This document shows positions 1 to 9,414 of a stretch of DNA of 64,000 nt, in pieces; position 1 is the stretch's first letter; every line of letters starts with the position of its first letter. A program made the translations under genes and the position numbers. The notes beneath the pieces are model-generated. The model searched no databases. It saw nothing but the letters and a program-made list of their open reading frames with translations, and was not told where the DNA came from. The DNA comes from Alphaproteobacteria bacterium. GTDB lineage: Bacteria > Pseudomonadota > Alphaproteobacteria > MPNO01. Location of the stretch: contig OZ219866.1 in assembly GCA_964291675.2 (NCBI GenBank), positions 2,496,001 through 2,560,000 of the forward strand, given 5' to 3'.

Positions 1-11
1 ACGCGGCCGGC

Positions 12-911
12 CTACTCCGCGGCGTGCGCCTCTTCCTCCTGCTGCAGGGCGAATATCGACGTGTAGCCGCCCGACCAGTCCGGCGGCATCAGGCACGGGC
101 GCGGGTCGTGATGCGCCCACCTGACCGGCTCGCCGCGCAGCATCCGCCGGTCGTATCTGGAGCGCAGCGGGTTGGCGGTATAGGCGAACGCATCCGCCGA
201 GGCATAGACGTTCAGCAGCAGCGGGCGGCCGATCGGCGAGTGGTTCGGACGGGAGCCGTGAATTGTGCGGCAGTTGTGGATGGTGATCGATCCCGCCGGC
301 CCGTCGAGCTGCCGGACCCGCGAGGCGTCGATCGCCGCCGCGTCGTCGTCGGACAGGCAGCCGACCCACTCGCCGTCCCCGTTGTACTGGTCGCGCAGCG
401 GCTCCTCATGACTCCCCGAGACGACCAGCAGGGGACCCTGTTCGGGGCCGCAATCGTAGAGATACGTGCCCACCGTCAGCGGGCTGTAGTTGGTATGCGG
501 CCAGAAGCCGATGTCCTGGTGCCATTTGACCTCTTCGCCGCCGTCCGCCCATTTGAAGTTGAGCTTGGAATGGTGGAACTTCACGTTGGGTCCGATGAGG
601 TCGGCGACGATGTCCGGCAGCACCGAACGGGAGGCGTAGTCCCAGTAGGCCGGATGGTGGTCGTTGGGGCTGGAGAGCCGGCGGAGGCGCGGGCGCCCGG
701 CGCTGTGGCCGTCCTCCAGATCCCATACCGAATCCGAGCTTGCGACGGCGCGGCTCCGCTCGATCATCTCGTCGGTGGTCGCGCGCAGCCGGGCGAGCCA
801 GTCCTCGCTTATCGCCTTCTCGACCAGCAGATAGCCGGTCTCGAAATAGGACTCGCGCTGGGCCTCGCTCAGGATCTTGGGCGGGGTCGCGCGGATCTGG
901 TCTGGTGTCAT
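12..911 (-). CDS. Phytanoyl-CoA dioxygenase (PhyH) family Fe(II)/2-oxoglutarate dioxygenase
   Basis: Y..ETGYLLV N-terminus, WHQD (HxD) and distal HGS His, R..L motif; start taken at MTPDQIR (911). Confidence 0.88.
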   Translation of the reverse strand: MTPDQIRATPPKILSEAQRESYFETGYLLVEKAISEDWLARLRATTDEMIERSRAVASSDSVWDLEDGHSAGRPRLRRLSSPNDHHPAYWDYASRSVLPDIVADLIGPNVKFHHSKLNFKWADGGEEVKWHQDIGFWPHTNYSPLTVGTYLYDCGPEQGPLLVVSGSHEEPLRDQYNGDGEWVGCLSDDDAAAIDASRVRQLDGPAGSITIHNCRTIHGSRPNHSPIGRPLLLNVYASADAFAYTANPLRSRYDRRMLRGEPVRWAHHDPRPCLMPPDWSGGYTSIFALQQEEEAHAAE

Positions 912-976
912 GGCGGGTCCCGGCTCGCAGTCGCGCTCCCGGCGCCGCAACGCCGGTCTCGCACTCTGCCTCCTGT

Positions 977-988
977 CTGATATATCAG
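977..988. promoter_or_regulatory. Putative GntR operator CTGATATATCAG upstream of the dioxygenase
   Basis: Perfect 12-bp AT-rich palindrome in GC-rich DNA; near copies at 4359 and 6055-6077. Confidence 0.7.
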
Positions 989-1029
989 TAAAACATCAAC
1001 TCGCGGTGAAGGTCAAGCCACCTCGCAGC

Positions 1030-2352
1030 CTATCTGAAGCCGAGAAGCTGCGCCGGCAGCCAGAGCACCATTTGCGGGAAATAGCCGACGATGGCGAGAC
1101 AGACCAGCTGCAGGAAGATGAACGGGACGACGCCCGCGAACATGTGCCGCAGCGTGATCTCCGGCGGGCTGATGCCGCGCAAATAGAAGATCGCGGGCGC
1201 CATCGGCGGCGTCAGGTAGCTGGTCTGGATGACGACCAGGAACATCACGCAGAACCAGACCGGGTCGAACCCCATCGACTGGACGATCGGCATGAAGACG
1301 GGGATGAAGATCAGCAGCACCGAGATCCAGTCGAGCACGAACCCGGCGGCGAAGCAGATGAACAGGAACACCGCCAGCGTCACCCAAGGCGCGAGCGCGG
1401 CCTGCTCGATGAGGTCCTGAGCGAGAGCGATGCCGCCGGCGGCCACGAAGACGCCGGCGAACATGTTGCCGCCCAGCAGGATGAGGAAGATCATGCAGGT
1501 GACCTTCAGCGTCTTGAGCACCGCCTCGTTCAGCACCCTGAGGCTGAACTGCCGGTAGAGGATCGCGAGGATCATCGAGCCCAGCGCGCCCAGCCCGGCC
1601 GCCTCGGTCGGCGCGGCGAGGCCGAACATGATCGAGCCCAGCACGGCGGTGATCATGGCGACCGGCGGGGCGAGGGCGATCAGGGTGATGCGGATGCGCT
1701 CCAATAGCGGCGGCTCGTCGTCCGACGGCGGAATTCTCGGCCCGGCCCCGGGGTCGACGGTGCAGCGGACCAGGATATAGGCGATGTAGAGCCCGGCCAT
1801 CAGCAGGCCGGGGAACACCATGCCGACGAACAGATCGCCGACCGAGACGTCGGCCACCGGGCCCAGCACGACCACGACGATCGAGGGCGGAATAATGGTT
1901 CCGAGCGAGCCGCCGGCGCAGATGGTGCCCGAGATCAGCCCCTTGTCGTAGGCGTATTTCATCATCACCGGGATCGCCAGCAATCCGACCACGGTCTCGG
2001 TCGCGCCGATCACCCCGGACGAGGCGGCGAAGATCACGCACATGACCACCGTGCCGACGGCGAGCCCGCCCGGCAGCCGGCGGGTCCAGAGATGCACCGC
2101 CTCGAAGAGCTGTTCGGCGATCCCGGAACGCTCCAGCATCGCCCCCATGAAGATGAACAGCGGCACCGCCGCCAGCACGAAGTTCGACGCGACGGCGTCG
2201 ATCTTCTGGGCGAACTGGTAGATCACCGCGGCGTCGAAGGTGAGGTACCCGAAGACCAGCGCGATGCCCATCATCGAAAAGGCGACGTGAAATCCGAGGA
2301 ACAGCGCCAGCAGCAGCGCCGGAAACATCACCAGAGCGAGGTATTCACCCAT
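1030..2352 (-). CDS. dctM: TRAP transporter large permease
   Basis: LAAVPLFIFMGAMLERSG, GGSLGTIIPPSI and SYLTPP motifs; highly hydrophobic 440 aa. Confidence 0.95.
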   Translation of the reverse strand: MGEYLALVMFPALLLALFLGFHVAFSMMGIALVFGYLTFDAAVIYQFAQKIDAVASNFVLAAVPLFIFMGAMLERSGIAEQLFEAVHLWTRRLPGGLAVGTVVMCVIFAASSGVIGATETVVGLLAIPVMMKYAYDKGLISGTICAGGSLGTIIPPSIVVVVLGPVADVSVGDLFVGMVFPGLLMAGLYIAYILVRCTVDPGAGPRIPPSDDEPPLLERIRITLIALAPPVAMITAVLGSIMFGLAAPTEAAGLGALGSMILAILYRQFSLRVLNEAVLKTLKVTCMIFLILLGGNMFAGVFVAAGGIALAQDLIEQAALAPWVTLAVFLFICFAAGFVLDWISVLLIFIPVFMPIVQSMGFDPVWFCVMFLVVIQTSYLTPPMAPAIFYLRGISPPEITLRHMFAGVVPFIFLQLVCLAIVGYFPQMVLWLPAQLLGFR

Positions 2353-2872
2353 GCGGCGCCTGCCGCTCCGGCGTCCGTCCGGTGAGCACGCGGACGCATC
2401 TGACGAGCTCGGCCACGCCTTGCAGGGCGAGCAGGAAATAGCCCAGGAAGAAGACCAGGCGGAACGGCCAGATCACCGGGTTCCAGGCCGATTGCCCCGA
2501 ATGGTCGTTGTTGACATAGGCCTCGACCCAGTAGTCCCAGAGGCCCCAGCTCACCCAGCACACCACCGGCAGGAACAGGAACAGGTAGCCGGCGGTATCG
2601 ACGACCGCCTTGGCCTTGTCGGGGAAGCGGCTGTACAGCACGTCGATGCGGATATGGCCGCCCTCGCGCAGCGTGTAGGCGGCGCCGATCAGGGCGTGGG
2701 TCCCCATCGCCATGTAGCCCAGCTCGAACGCCCAGATCGTCGGGGCGTTCAGCGCGTAGCGCGAGAAGACCTCGAAGCAGGTCGCGAGTATCAGCGGAAA
2801 GACGATCCAGGCGATGACGATGCCGGAGACGCCGCTCAACCGGTCGATGGAGCGGACGAGCGCCGTCACCAT
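2345..2872 (-). CDS. dctQ: TRAP transporter small permease
   Basis: EVFSRYALNAPTIWAFE and GHIRIDVLY motifs, about 4 TM segments. Confidence 0.93.
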   Translation of the reverse strand: MVTALVRSIDRLSGVSGIVIAWIVFPLILATCFEVFSRYALNAPTIWAFELGYMAMGTHALIGAAYTLREGGHIRIDVLYSRFPDKAKAVVDTAGYLFLFLPVVCWVSWGLWDYWVEAYVNNDHSGQSAWNPVIWPFRLVFFLGYFLLALQGVAELVRCVRVLTGRTPERQAPHG

Positions 2873-2952
2873 CGCGGCATCGTCACGGTCGGCGGACCGG
2901 CGGGGAAGGCGCGGCCGTCACCGCGCCTTCCCCGACCGTTGGGGCGAAGAGC

Positions 2953-4008
2953 CTAGTCGGAAATCACGTTGCGGTAATGCGTCGCCTGCCGCCACAGCTT
3001 CTCGAAGGCCAGTTGGCTCTTCAGCACCTTGTCGAACCAGGGGTTATCCTTGGCCTGCTCCATCGCCCAGTCAATCGCCAGCTTCTTCGCCTGGCGCTGG
3101 ACGTCGGCGTCGAGCACGATGATCTCGTTGCCCTGCTTCTTGAAGAAGTCGAGCGCCTTGGCGTCCTCGTGGCCGATCCGCGTCCAGCTCTCGAAGGTGA
3201 CCGTCTTGGCGGCCAGCGCCACGAGCTGCTTGTCGCGATCGGAGAGCTTGTCCCAGGCCTTCGGGTTGATCACCAGCTCGAACGGCGCGGTCGGCTGGTG
3301 GATGCCGGGAATGATCACGTATTTGGCGATCTTGTGGAAACCCGACGAGATGTTCTCATACAGCGTGCCCCATTCCGTGGCGTCGATCGCGCCGCGCTCC
3401 AGCGAGGTATAGACCTCGCCGCCCGGCATGGTGACCGGCGCCGCGCCGAGCCCCTTGGAGATGGCGAGCCAGGCGCCCGCGGTGCGGAACTTGAGACCCT
3501 TGAGGTCGGCCAGGGTCTTCACCGGCTTGCGCGAGTGCAGGAAGGCTTCGGCGGTGCGCGTGAAGCACGGGAAGGAGACCAGGCCGAAGCGCTCCCGGTT
3601 GAAGTCCTGCCACATCTCCAGCCCGCCGCCCTCGTAGATCCAGTGCAGCATGCGCTCGGAATCCATGGCGCCGGCATAGCCGCCGAACAGCACGGTGGTC
3701 TTGTCCTTGCCCCAGTCATAGCCCATCCAGGTGTGACCGGCCTCGGCCACCCCCTTGGCGACGGCGCTGCGGACCTCCAGCCCCTTGGACAACTGCCCCG
3801 ACGGGAAGACGCGCACCGTGACGCGGCCTTCGGTCAGGAAGTCGATCTTCTTGGCGACCGCCTCGGCGCCGATCTTCATTAGCGGACCGCCGCCCCAGCT
3901 CGCCGCCATTTTCCACTTCTCGGCGGCCAGAGCCGTCTGTGCCGTGGCCACGGCGAGCCCGCAAACCGCTGCCGCGGCCAACCAGCCTTGCGCGCGAATC
4001 CGTGTCAT
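2953..4008 (-). CDS. dctP: TRAP substrate-binding protein
   Basis: Signal peptide, DLKGLKFR, GEVYTSLERGAIDATEW. Confidence 0.95.
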   Translation of the reverse strand: MTRIRAQGWLAAAAVCGLAVATAQTALAAEKWKMAASWGGGPLMKIGAEAVAKKIDFLTEGRVTVRVFPSGQLSKGLEVRSAVAKGVAEAGHTWMGYDWGKDKTTVLFGGYAGAMDSERMLHWIYEGGGLEMWQDFNRERFGLVSFPCFTRTAEAFLHSRKPVKTLADLKGLKFRTAGAWLAISKGLGAAPVTMPGGEVYTSLERGAIDATEWGTLYENISSGFHKIAKYVIIPGIHQPTAPFELVINPKAWDKLSDRDKQLVALAAKTVTFESWTRIGHEDAKALDFFKKQGNEIIVLDADVQRQAKKLAIDWAMEQAKDNPWFDKVLKSQLAFEKLWRQATHYRNVISD

Positions 4009-4042
4009 GATGCGTTCCTCCCTTGGTGGATCCGGTGGTCGT

Positions 4043-4348
4043 TCAACAGGCGGGCTTCCCGAGTGCTTCGAGAGCCCGGTCGATATCGTCGCCGGTCAGT
4101 TCCCAGTCGTTCTCCAGATTGGCGACGACGGCGCGCATGAAATCCTGGCACAGCTCCAGCGCCGTCGCGTCGTCGTCCAGGTGGTCGGCGAGCACGGCCA
4201 GCGAGAGCTGGGCCGGCCCCGCGCCCTCATAGGTCCATTCGAACCCTGTCGTGGTGAACCGCTTGAGTGCATAGCGGCCGTCCAGCGGTTTGCCGTCGAC
4301 CAGCACCACGATGCCGTCGATGGTCCGGGATCCCGAATAGACCTTCAT
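4043..4348 (-). CDS. Small conserved protein, DUF6166-like
   Basis: TGFEWTYEGAGPAQLSLAVLAD resembles the GFEWGYxGSGPAQLALA signature; first gene of the TRAP operon. Confidence 0.7.
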   Translation of the reverse strand: MKVYSGSRTIDGIVVLVDGKPLDGRYALKRFTTTGFEWTYEGAGPAQLSLAVLADHLDDDATALELCQDFMRAVVANLENDWELTGDDIDRALEALGKPAC

Positions 4349-4358
4349 CGCCCGCCGA

Positions 4359-4370
4359 CTGATATATCTG
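4359..4370. promoter_or_regulatory. Putative GntR operator CTGATATATCTG
   Basis: One-mismatch copy of the 977 palindrome, about 10 nt upstream of the 4348 start. Confidence 0.65.
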
Positions 4371-4423
4371 TAGTATGCTAACCGCGGCGACGAGGCTTGT
4401 AAACCCGGCCCCGGCCGGGGGCC

Positions 4424-5092
4424 TCATCTCGCCGCCGCGCGCTCCGGCTGCGGGGTGTCCAGGGTGGCGCGGGTGAACTCTTCGACATAGTCGATCAGCC
4501 GGTCGGAGGCCCGCGCCGCTTCGTCCGGGTCTCCTTCGGCGATGCCGCGCGCGAGCTCGGCATGCAGCCGGGCGCAGAGCGGCAGGTCCGCCGCCTCCTT
4601 GTAATGCATGTACCAGAAGCGCCGCGACAGCCCGTGAGTCTGGCCCATCGCGCGCTGCGCATACTCGTTGTGGGACGCCTCGGCCTCGAGCTGGTTGAGC
4701 GCCTGGTCGTAGCGCATGAACGCGATGTCGTCGTTCTCGCGCGATGCCTTTTCCATGCCGTCGGCGATTTCCAGGAACCGGAGCCTCTCCTCTTCCGTGC
4801 GGCGCAGCGCGCCGGTGCGCGCGATCAGCCGTTCCAGCTCGCGCCGCACTTCCAGCAGCAGGATCTGGTTGCGCGGGTTGATCTCGGTAACCAGGATTCC
4901 CTTGCGCGGCAGGACGACCACCAGCCCCTCGCGCGCGAGACGTTGCAGCGCCTCGCGTATCGGCGTGCGGCCGAAGCCGAGATCGGTGGCCAGCGCGCTC
5001 TCCGACAGGACCGCGCCCGGGCTGAGCCGCAGCGTGACGATCGCCTCCTCCAGCCGGTCATAGGCCCGGTCGGTCAGGGTCGCGTGCTTCAT
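4424..5092 (-). CDS. GntR (FadR/FCD-type) transcriptional regulator
   Basis: LSESALATDLGFGRTPIREALQRL winged HTH plus FCD-like C-terminal domain. Confidence 0.95.
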   Translation of the reverse strand: MKHATLTDRAYDRLEEAIVTLRLSPGAVLSESALATDLGFGRTPIREALQRLAREGLVVVLPRKGILVTEINPRNQILLLEVRRELERLIARTGALRRTEEERLRFLEIADGMEKASRENDDIAFMRYDQALNQLEAEASHNEYAQRAMGQTHGLSRRFWYMHYKEAADLPLCARLHAELARGIAEGDPDEAARASDRLIDYVEEFTRATLDTPQPERAAAR

Positions 5093-5161
5093 CGCGTCAC
5101 GGCGTCCCTCGATACGGCGCGCCCCTGCCGTGCGGGCGCCGCAAGGCGTAGCGGAAACAAG

Positions 5162-6040
5162 CTAGATCTGGCGGCGTTTCTCGACCATCGCTGCGAAGGC
5201 CTCGTACTCGCTGTCGTCGACGCCGTAGCTGTGATCGTCATCCGGAAAGGTGCCTTCTCTCACTTCGCTCGCGTAGCGGGAAATTCCATTGACCGCGACC
5301 TCGGTCAGGTTGGCATAGCGCTTGGTGAATTTGGGTTTGAAGTCGGTGAACACGCCGAGCAGATCATAGCACAGCAATATCTGGCCGTCGGTTCCGGCTC
5401 CCGCCCCGATCCCGATGGTGGGGATTTCGAGCTGCTCGGAGATCAGCCTGGCGATCCTGGCGGGTACCGCCTCGAACTCCAGCATGAAGCAGCCCGCATC
5501 CTCGATGGCCAGCGCGTCCTCGAGAATCTTCATCGCGGCATCCGCCGTCCGGCCCTGTATCCGGAAGCCTCCGAAGACGGCCACCGTATGGGGCGTCAGG
5601 CCGATATGGGACGCCGTCGGGATGCCGGAATCGACCAGGGCGCTGAGGACATGCGCCTGGCTTTTGCCGCCCTGGGGCTTGACCGCATCCGAGCCGGCGT
5701 CCTGCATGAAGCGGGTCGCGTTGGCGAGCGCCCGGTCGATGGTGTTGTAGCTCTGATAGGGCATGCAGCCGAGCACGAAGGTGTTCGGGGCGCCGCGGCG
5801 CACCGCCTGGCCGTGCATGATCATCATGTCCATGGTCGCGGGTATGGTGTTGGGATGCCCGTGGGCGATCATCGCCAGGCTGTCGCCGAGCACCGCGACA
5901 TCGACGCCGCCCATCTCCGCCCATTGCGCCGAGGTGTAGTCCGGCACCGACATGTAGACCATCTTTTCGCCGGTCGCCTTGGACCGCCGGATCTCCGTGA
6001 TGGTCCGCTTCTTGCGCGTGGTCTCGCTGGCCTCGGCCAT
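5162..6040 (-). CDS. panB: Divergent ketopantoate hydroxymethyltransferase (PanB) homologue
   Basis: LGDSL, HIGLTP, GGFRIQGR, PTIGIGAGAGTDGQIL, DLLG and PKFTKRY motifs; metal-site residues altered (see findings). Confidence 0.85.
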   Translation of the reverse strand: MAEASETTRKKRTITEIRRSKATGEKMVYMSVPDYTSAQWAEMGGVDVAVLGDSLAMIAHGHPNTIPATMDMMIMHGQAVRRGAPNTFVLGCMPYQSYNTIDRALANATRFMQDAGSDAVKPQGGKSQAHVLSALVDSGIPTASHIGLTPHTVAVFGGFRIQGRTADAAMKILEDALAIEDAGCFMLEFEAVPARIARLISEQLEIPTIGIGAGAGTDGQILLCYDLLGVFTDFKPKFTKRYANLTEVAVNGISRYASEVREGTFPDDDHSYGVDDSEYEAFAAMVEKRRQI

Positions 6041-6054
6041 GACGCCGCTTCCCG

Positions 6055-6077
6055 TTGATCTATCTGTGATATATTAA
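6055..6077. promoter_or_regulatory. Tandem degenerate GntR operators TTGATCTATCTG / GTGATATATTAA upstream of the panB-like gene
   Basis: Similar to the 977 and 4359 motif; lies in the divergent intergenic region. Confidence 0.55.
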
Positions 6078-6139
6078 GCGTCATTCTGGGGGAGCGCCGT
6101 GCACCCGTCAACGTCGCGGCCGGGAAGGAGGGCCGGGCG

Positions 6140-6325
6140 ATGCCGAACAATATTCGCGCGATACTCACCGTTATCGTCGTGGCGATCGCCTGCGCGGCCT
6201 TCTGGTTCGAACACGACGCCGGCGAGACGTTCCTGAAGTGGCTGGCCGCCGGGCTCGGGGTCTTCATGGTGTTCGCGGTCTGGCTGTTCCCGGAGACCGC
6301 GCGGAAATCCGACGACCCCGATTGA
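6140..6325 (+). CDS. Small two-TM membrane protein, unknown function
   Basis: AAGGAGG RBS, two hydrophobic helices, typical codon usage. Confidence 0.65.
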   Translation: MPNNIRAILTVIVVAIACAAFWFEHDAGETFLKWLAAGLGVFMVFAVWLFPETARKSDDPD

Positions 6326-6338
6326 GCGTCACTGCGGG

Positions 6339-7433
6339 CTAACGAAACCCGTCGATGCCGAGCTCCGCCCGGAGCCCGACCGTCGCCGCCTCCTTGGCCG
6401 GTTCGAGCGGGATTCCGGTGGCGTCGGCCACCCGGTCGAGCGCCGAGTAGTTGGCGACCACGGCGGCCGCGTCGACCAGGGCGGCATCGCCCAGGGACTC
6501 GCGCAGGCGTTCCCGGATCGTAGTCAGCCCGGCCTCGTCTTCGCCCAGCACCGCTTCCGCGAACCCCGCCAGAAGGCGTCCATGCGGGATGCCGCCGCCG
6601 CCGCTGCCGGCGATCGCCTTCAAGTTCACTTCGGTGCCGCTGGCAGTCGCGCTCGCACGGAGCATCTCGGCATGGGTGGTGGTTCAGTAGAAGCACATGT
6701 TGATGGCCGAGACCCGTCCGGCGATGAGCTCCATCTGGGCGCGGTCTATCGCGCGGTGCTTACCCGCGACGTCCGGTATCAGGCGTCCGGGGAGGTATTG
6801 CGCGTCGACCATGTCGAACAGCCCGGCCGCCTCCCGCGGCACCAGGCTGAGCGCGCGCCGGATGAAGGTCGGGTCGGGCGAGACATAGGCGCCGTCGAGG
6901 CAGGCCTCCTCGGCGGTCCGGTCTTCCGGCGCCAGCATGGCGACCCATGCCGGTCCCGCCTTGGCGCCCGCCGGCCTTGCCCGCGACGGCTCGCCCGGTT
7001 GCGGCGGCGGCAGGGGGTGCGGCGGCACCCCGATCGCGCGGCAGAAAATATCGACCGCGATCGTCGTCGCCGCGACGCCCACCGTCTCGACGAATTCCGT
7101 CTGTTCGATGCCGCTCGCCATCGCGCGGTCGAACCAGGCGCGGGTCAGGCGGCCCGGGTCGGTGGCGATCCGGTGGACGACTTCGACGACATTGCCCGGC
7201 AGGTCGGTCGCCGAGCGGTGCGATCCGGGCATCCCATAGGGCGACAGCGCGGCCTTGCAGTCCGCGCAATAGGCGCAATCGCGCGCCGCCCGGGTCTCGG
7301 CCGCGATGGCGAGCCGGCGCTCCGCGTCCAGCCAGGTGCCGGGCGCGGCGAGGCGTCGCCAGGCGCGAAAATGGGCGGCGGCCAGATCGGCGCGGACCGC
7401 GATCCCTGCCGAGTCGTATGAGAGACCGTCCAT
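6339..7433 (-). CDS. AhpD/CMD-like alkylhydroperoxidase-related protein, probable selenoprotein (in-frame UGA at 6684-6686)
   Basis: ORFs 6684-7433 and 6339-6665 are in one frame: ELIAGRVSAINMCFY-TGA-TTTHAEMLRAS gives CxxUxxxH; hairpin downstream of the UGA. Confidence 0.8.
6651..6663 (-). promoter_or_regulatory. Candidate bacterial SECIS apical hairpin GCUC-CGUGC-GAGC
   Basis: Loop starts about 24 nt after the UGA and has GU near its 5' side; judged by eye, not folded computationally. Confidence 0.5.
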
Positions 7434-7447
7434 CCCGGTTCGCCCGA

Positions 7448-8452
7448 TCAGCCGGCGCGGATCGCCGGCAGCACGCGCTCGCCGAACAGCTCCACCGTCC
7501 CCGCCGGGTCGGAGGCGACGCTCACGGTGAACATGACGCGCTTCAGCCCCGCGTCCCCGGCGGCACGCAGCTGCGCGAGGCACTGCTCCGGGGTGCCGTG
7601 GATGGCGAAGCGCCCGGCGAGGTAATCGAACAGCCCGAGCTCGTCGACCAGCTCCGCATCGGCCTCGCCCGGCCTGGTGCTGTAGCGCCGGCGCAGCTCC
7701 CGCACCTTCTCGTGGTACTCCGCCGGCACGCCGCGCTCGTCGAGATCGTCCGAGGCCAGAATGTAGCCGCCCGCCATGAAGGCGAGGATCGCGCCGGCCC
7801 GGCGCCTCGCGGCCCCGCCGTCCAGGTTGCAGTCAAGGCTCGCGATCTGCCACGTCTCGACATCCTCCGCGGCGCGTCCGGCGGCCCGCGCCCCCTCGGC
7901 AACGAGGGCTTCGGAATAGGCCAGATTCTCCCGCGCGATCCCGAAATTGACGAACGCGCCGTCGGCGATCCCGCCCGCCAGCCGGAGCGTCCTCGGGCCG
8001 GACCCGGCGAGGAAGACGCGCGGGCCGGTCCGCGCCCAGGGGAGGTGGGAAGCGGCATCGCCAAGCGCCGTCGGCGCGCCCGAGGTCAGCGCCTTGATGA
8101 AGCGGATTCCATCGTCCATGTCGCGGAGCCCCGAGCTCGGGAGGCCCAGGTTCCGCGTGCCGCTGTGCCCGGCGCCGAGCCCGAGCACCGTCCTTCCCGG
8201 GGCGAGCAGATCGAGCGAGGAGATCGCCGCGGCGGAGACCGAGGGGTGGCGCGATGACAGGTTGGTGACGCAGAGCGCGACCCGCGCCCGGCTCGTCTCG
8301 CGGGCGACGACGGCGGCCGCGACCCAGGGGTCCATCGCGTTGCCCGGGGTATCGGCGATGCCGATCATGTCGTAGCTCCAGCGGTCCGCCGCCCGCGCCA
8401 TGCGCTCGATCAGTTCCGGCGTGTAGGGCCAGAAGAAGAACCCGATCTCCAT
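7448..8452 (-). CDS. LLM class flavin-dependent oxidoreductase
   Basis: DPWVAAAVVARETSR, PGRTVLGLGAG, VFLAGSGPRTLRLAGGIADG; start MEIGFFF. Confidence 0.9.
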   Translation of the reverse strand: MEIGFFFWPYTPELIERMARAADRWSYDMIGIADTPGNAMDPWVAAAVVARETSRARVALCVTNLSSRHPSVSAAAISSLDLLAPGRTVLGLGAGHSGTRNLGLPSSGLRDMDDGIRFIKALTSGAPTALGDAASHLPWARTGPRVFLAGSGPRTLRLAGGIADGAFVNFGIARENLAYSEALVAEGARAAGRAAEDVETWQIASLDCNLDGGAARRRAGAILAFMAGGYILASDDLDERGVPAEYHEKVRELRRRYSTRPGEADAELVDELGLFDYLAGRFAIHGTPEQCLAQLRAAGDAGLKRVMFTVSVASDPAGTVELFGERVLPAIRAG

Positions 8453-8463
8453 CGCAATCTCCG

Positions 8464-9414
8464 TCAGACCACCCGGAACCGGAGCGGCTCGCCGGCGGCG
8501 AGGCGCCGGCAGTTGTCGAGCGCCACGTCCAGGCTGCGCTCGATGGTGTCCATGGTGAGCCAGGCGACATGCGGGGCCAAGACCGCATTGTCGAGTGCGA
8601 GCAGCGGATTGCCGGGCGCCACCGGCTCGTGGGCAAAGACGTCGAGCCCTGCCGCCCCGAGACGGCCGCTCGCAAGCGCCTCCGCGAGTGCCGCCTCGTC
8701 GACCAGGCTGCCGCGCGCCGTGTTGACCAGCACCGCCCCCGGCTTCATGCGCGCGAGCGCGACGGCGTCGATCATGCCGACGGTCTCCGGAGTCTCCGGG
8801 ACGTGGAGCGAGACGATGTCGGATTCTTCGAGCAGCGCCGGCAGCGTACGCCACTCGGCGAGACCCTCCGCCTCCTCCTTGGGTGCGCGCGCGGTATAGA
8901 GCAGGCGCGCGCCGAGCGCCTTGAGCACCGGGGCCAGTGCTTGCGGCACGGCGCCGTAGCCGACCAGCCCGACGATCCGCCCGCCGATCTCGCCCAGGCG
9001 ATCCTGCATGGCGCCGTCGAGCTTCCAGCCCGCGCCCTCGCGCGTCGCACGATCGAACGCCGGCAGCCGGCGCAGCGCCGCCAGCATCAGGGCGAGCGTC
9101 ATCTCCGCGACCGCCCTCGTGTTGGTTCCCGGCATGTTGCACACCGGGATGTCGCGGGCGCGCGCGGCATCGAGGTCGATGGTGTTGACCCCGACGCCGA
9201 TCTTCTGGATCAGAAGCAGCCCGGGCGCCGCCGCGATGTCGGCCCCCGAGACCGGGCGCAGCACGTGCCAGAGCACGTCCGCGTCGGTCATCAGCGCCCG
9301 GAAACGCGCATCGTCGGCCGCCGGGCAGACGGCGATATCGAGCCCGTCGCCCGACACCTCGGCCAGCCGGCGGGCGAGTGCCGGGCCCGCGTCGTAGTGG
9401 AAGATCACCCGCAT
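8464..9414 (-). CDS. D-isomer-specific 2-hydroxyacid dehydrogenase
   Basis: GLVGYGAV, SDIVSLHVP, NTARG, GLDVFAHEP, APHVA. Confidence 0.93.
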   Translation of the reverse strand: MRVIFHYDAGPALARRLAEVSGDGLDIAVCPAADDARFRALMTDADVLWHVLRPVSGADIAAAPGLLLIQKIGVGVNTIDLDAARARDIPVCNMPGTNTRAVAEMTLALMLAALRRLPAFDRATREGAGWKLDGAMQDRLGEIGGRIVGLVGYGAVPQALAPVLKALGARLLYTARAPKEEAEGLAEWRTLPALLEESDIVSLHVPETPETVGMIDAVALARMKPGAVLVNTARGSLVDEAALAEALASGRLGAAGLDVFAHEPVAPGNPLLALDNAVLAPHVAWLTMDTIERSLDVALDNCRRLAAGEPLRFRVV

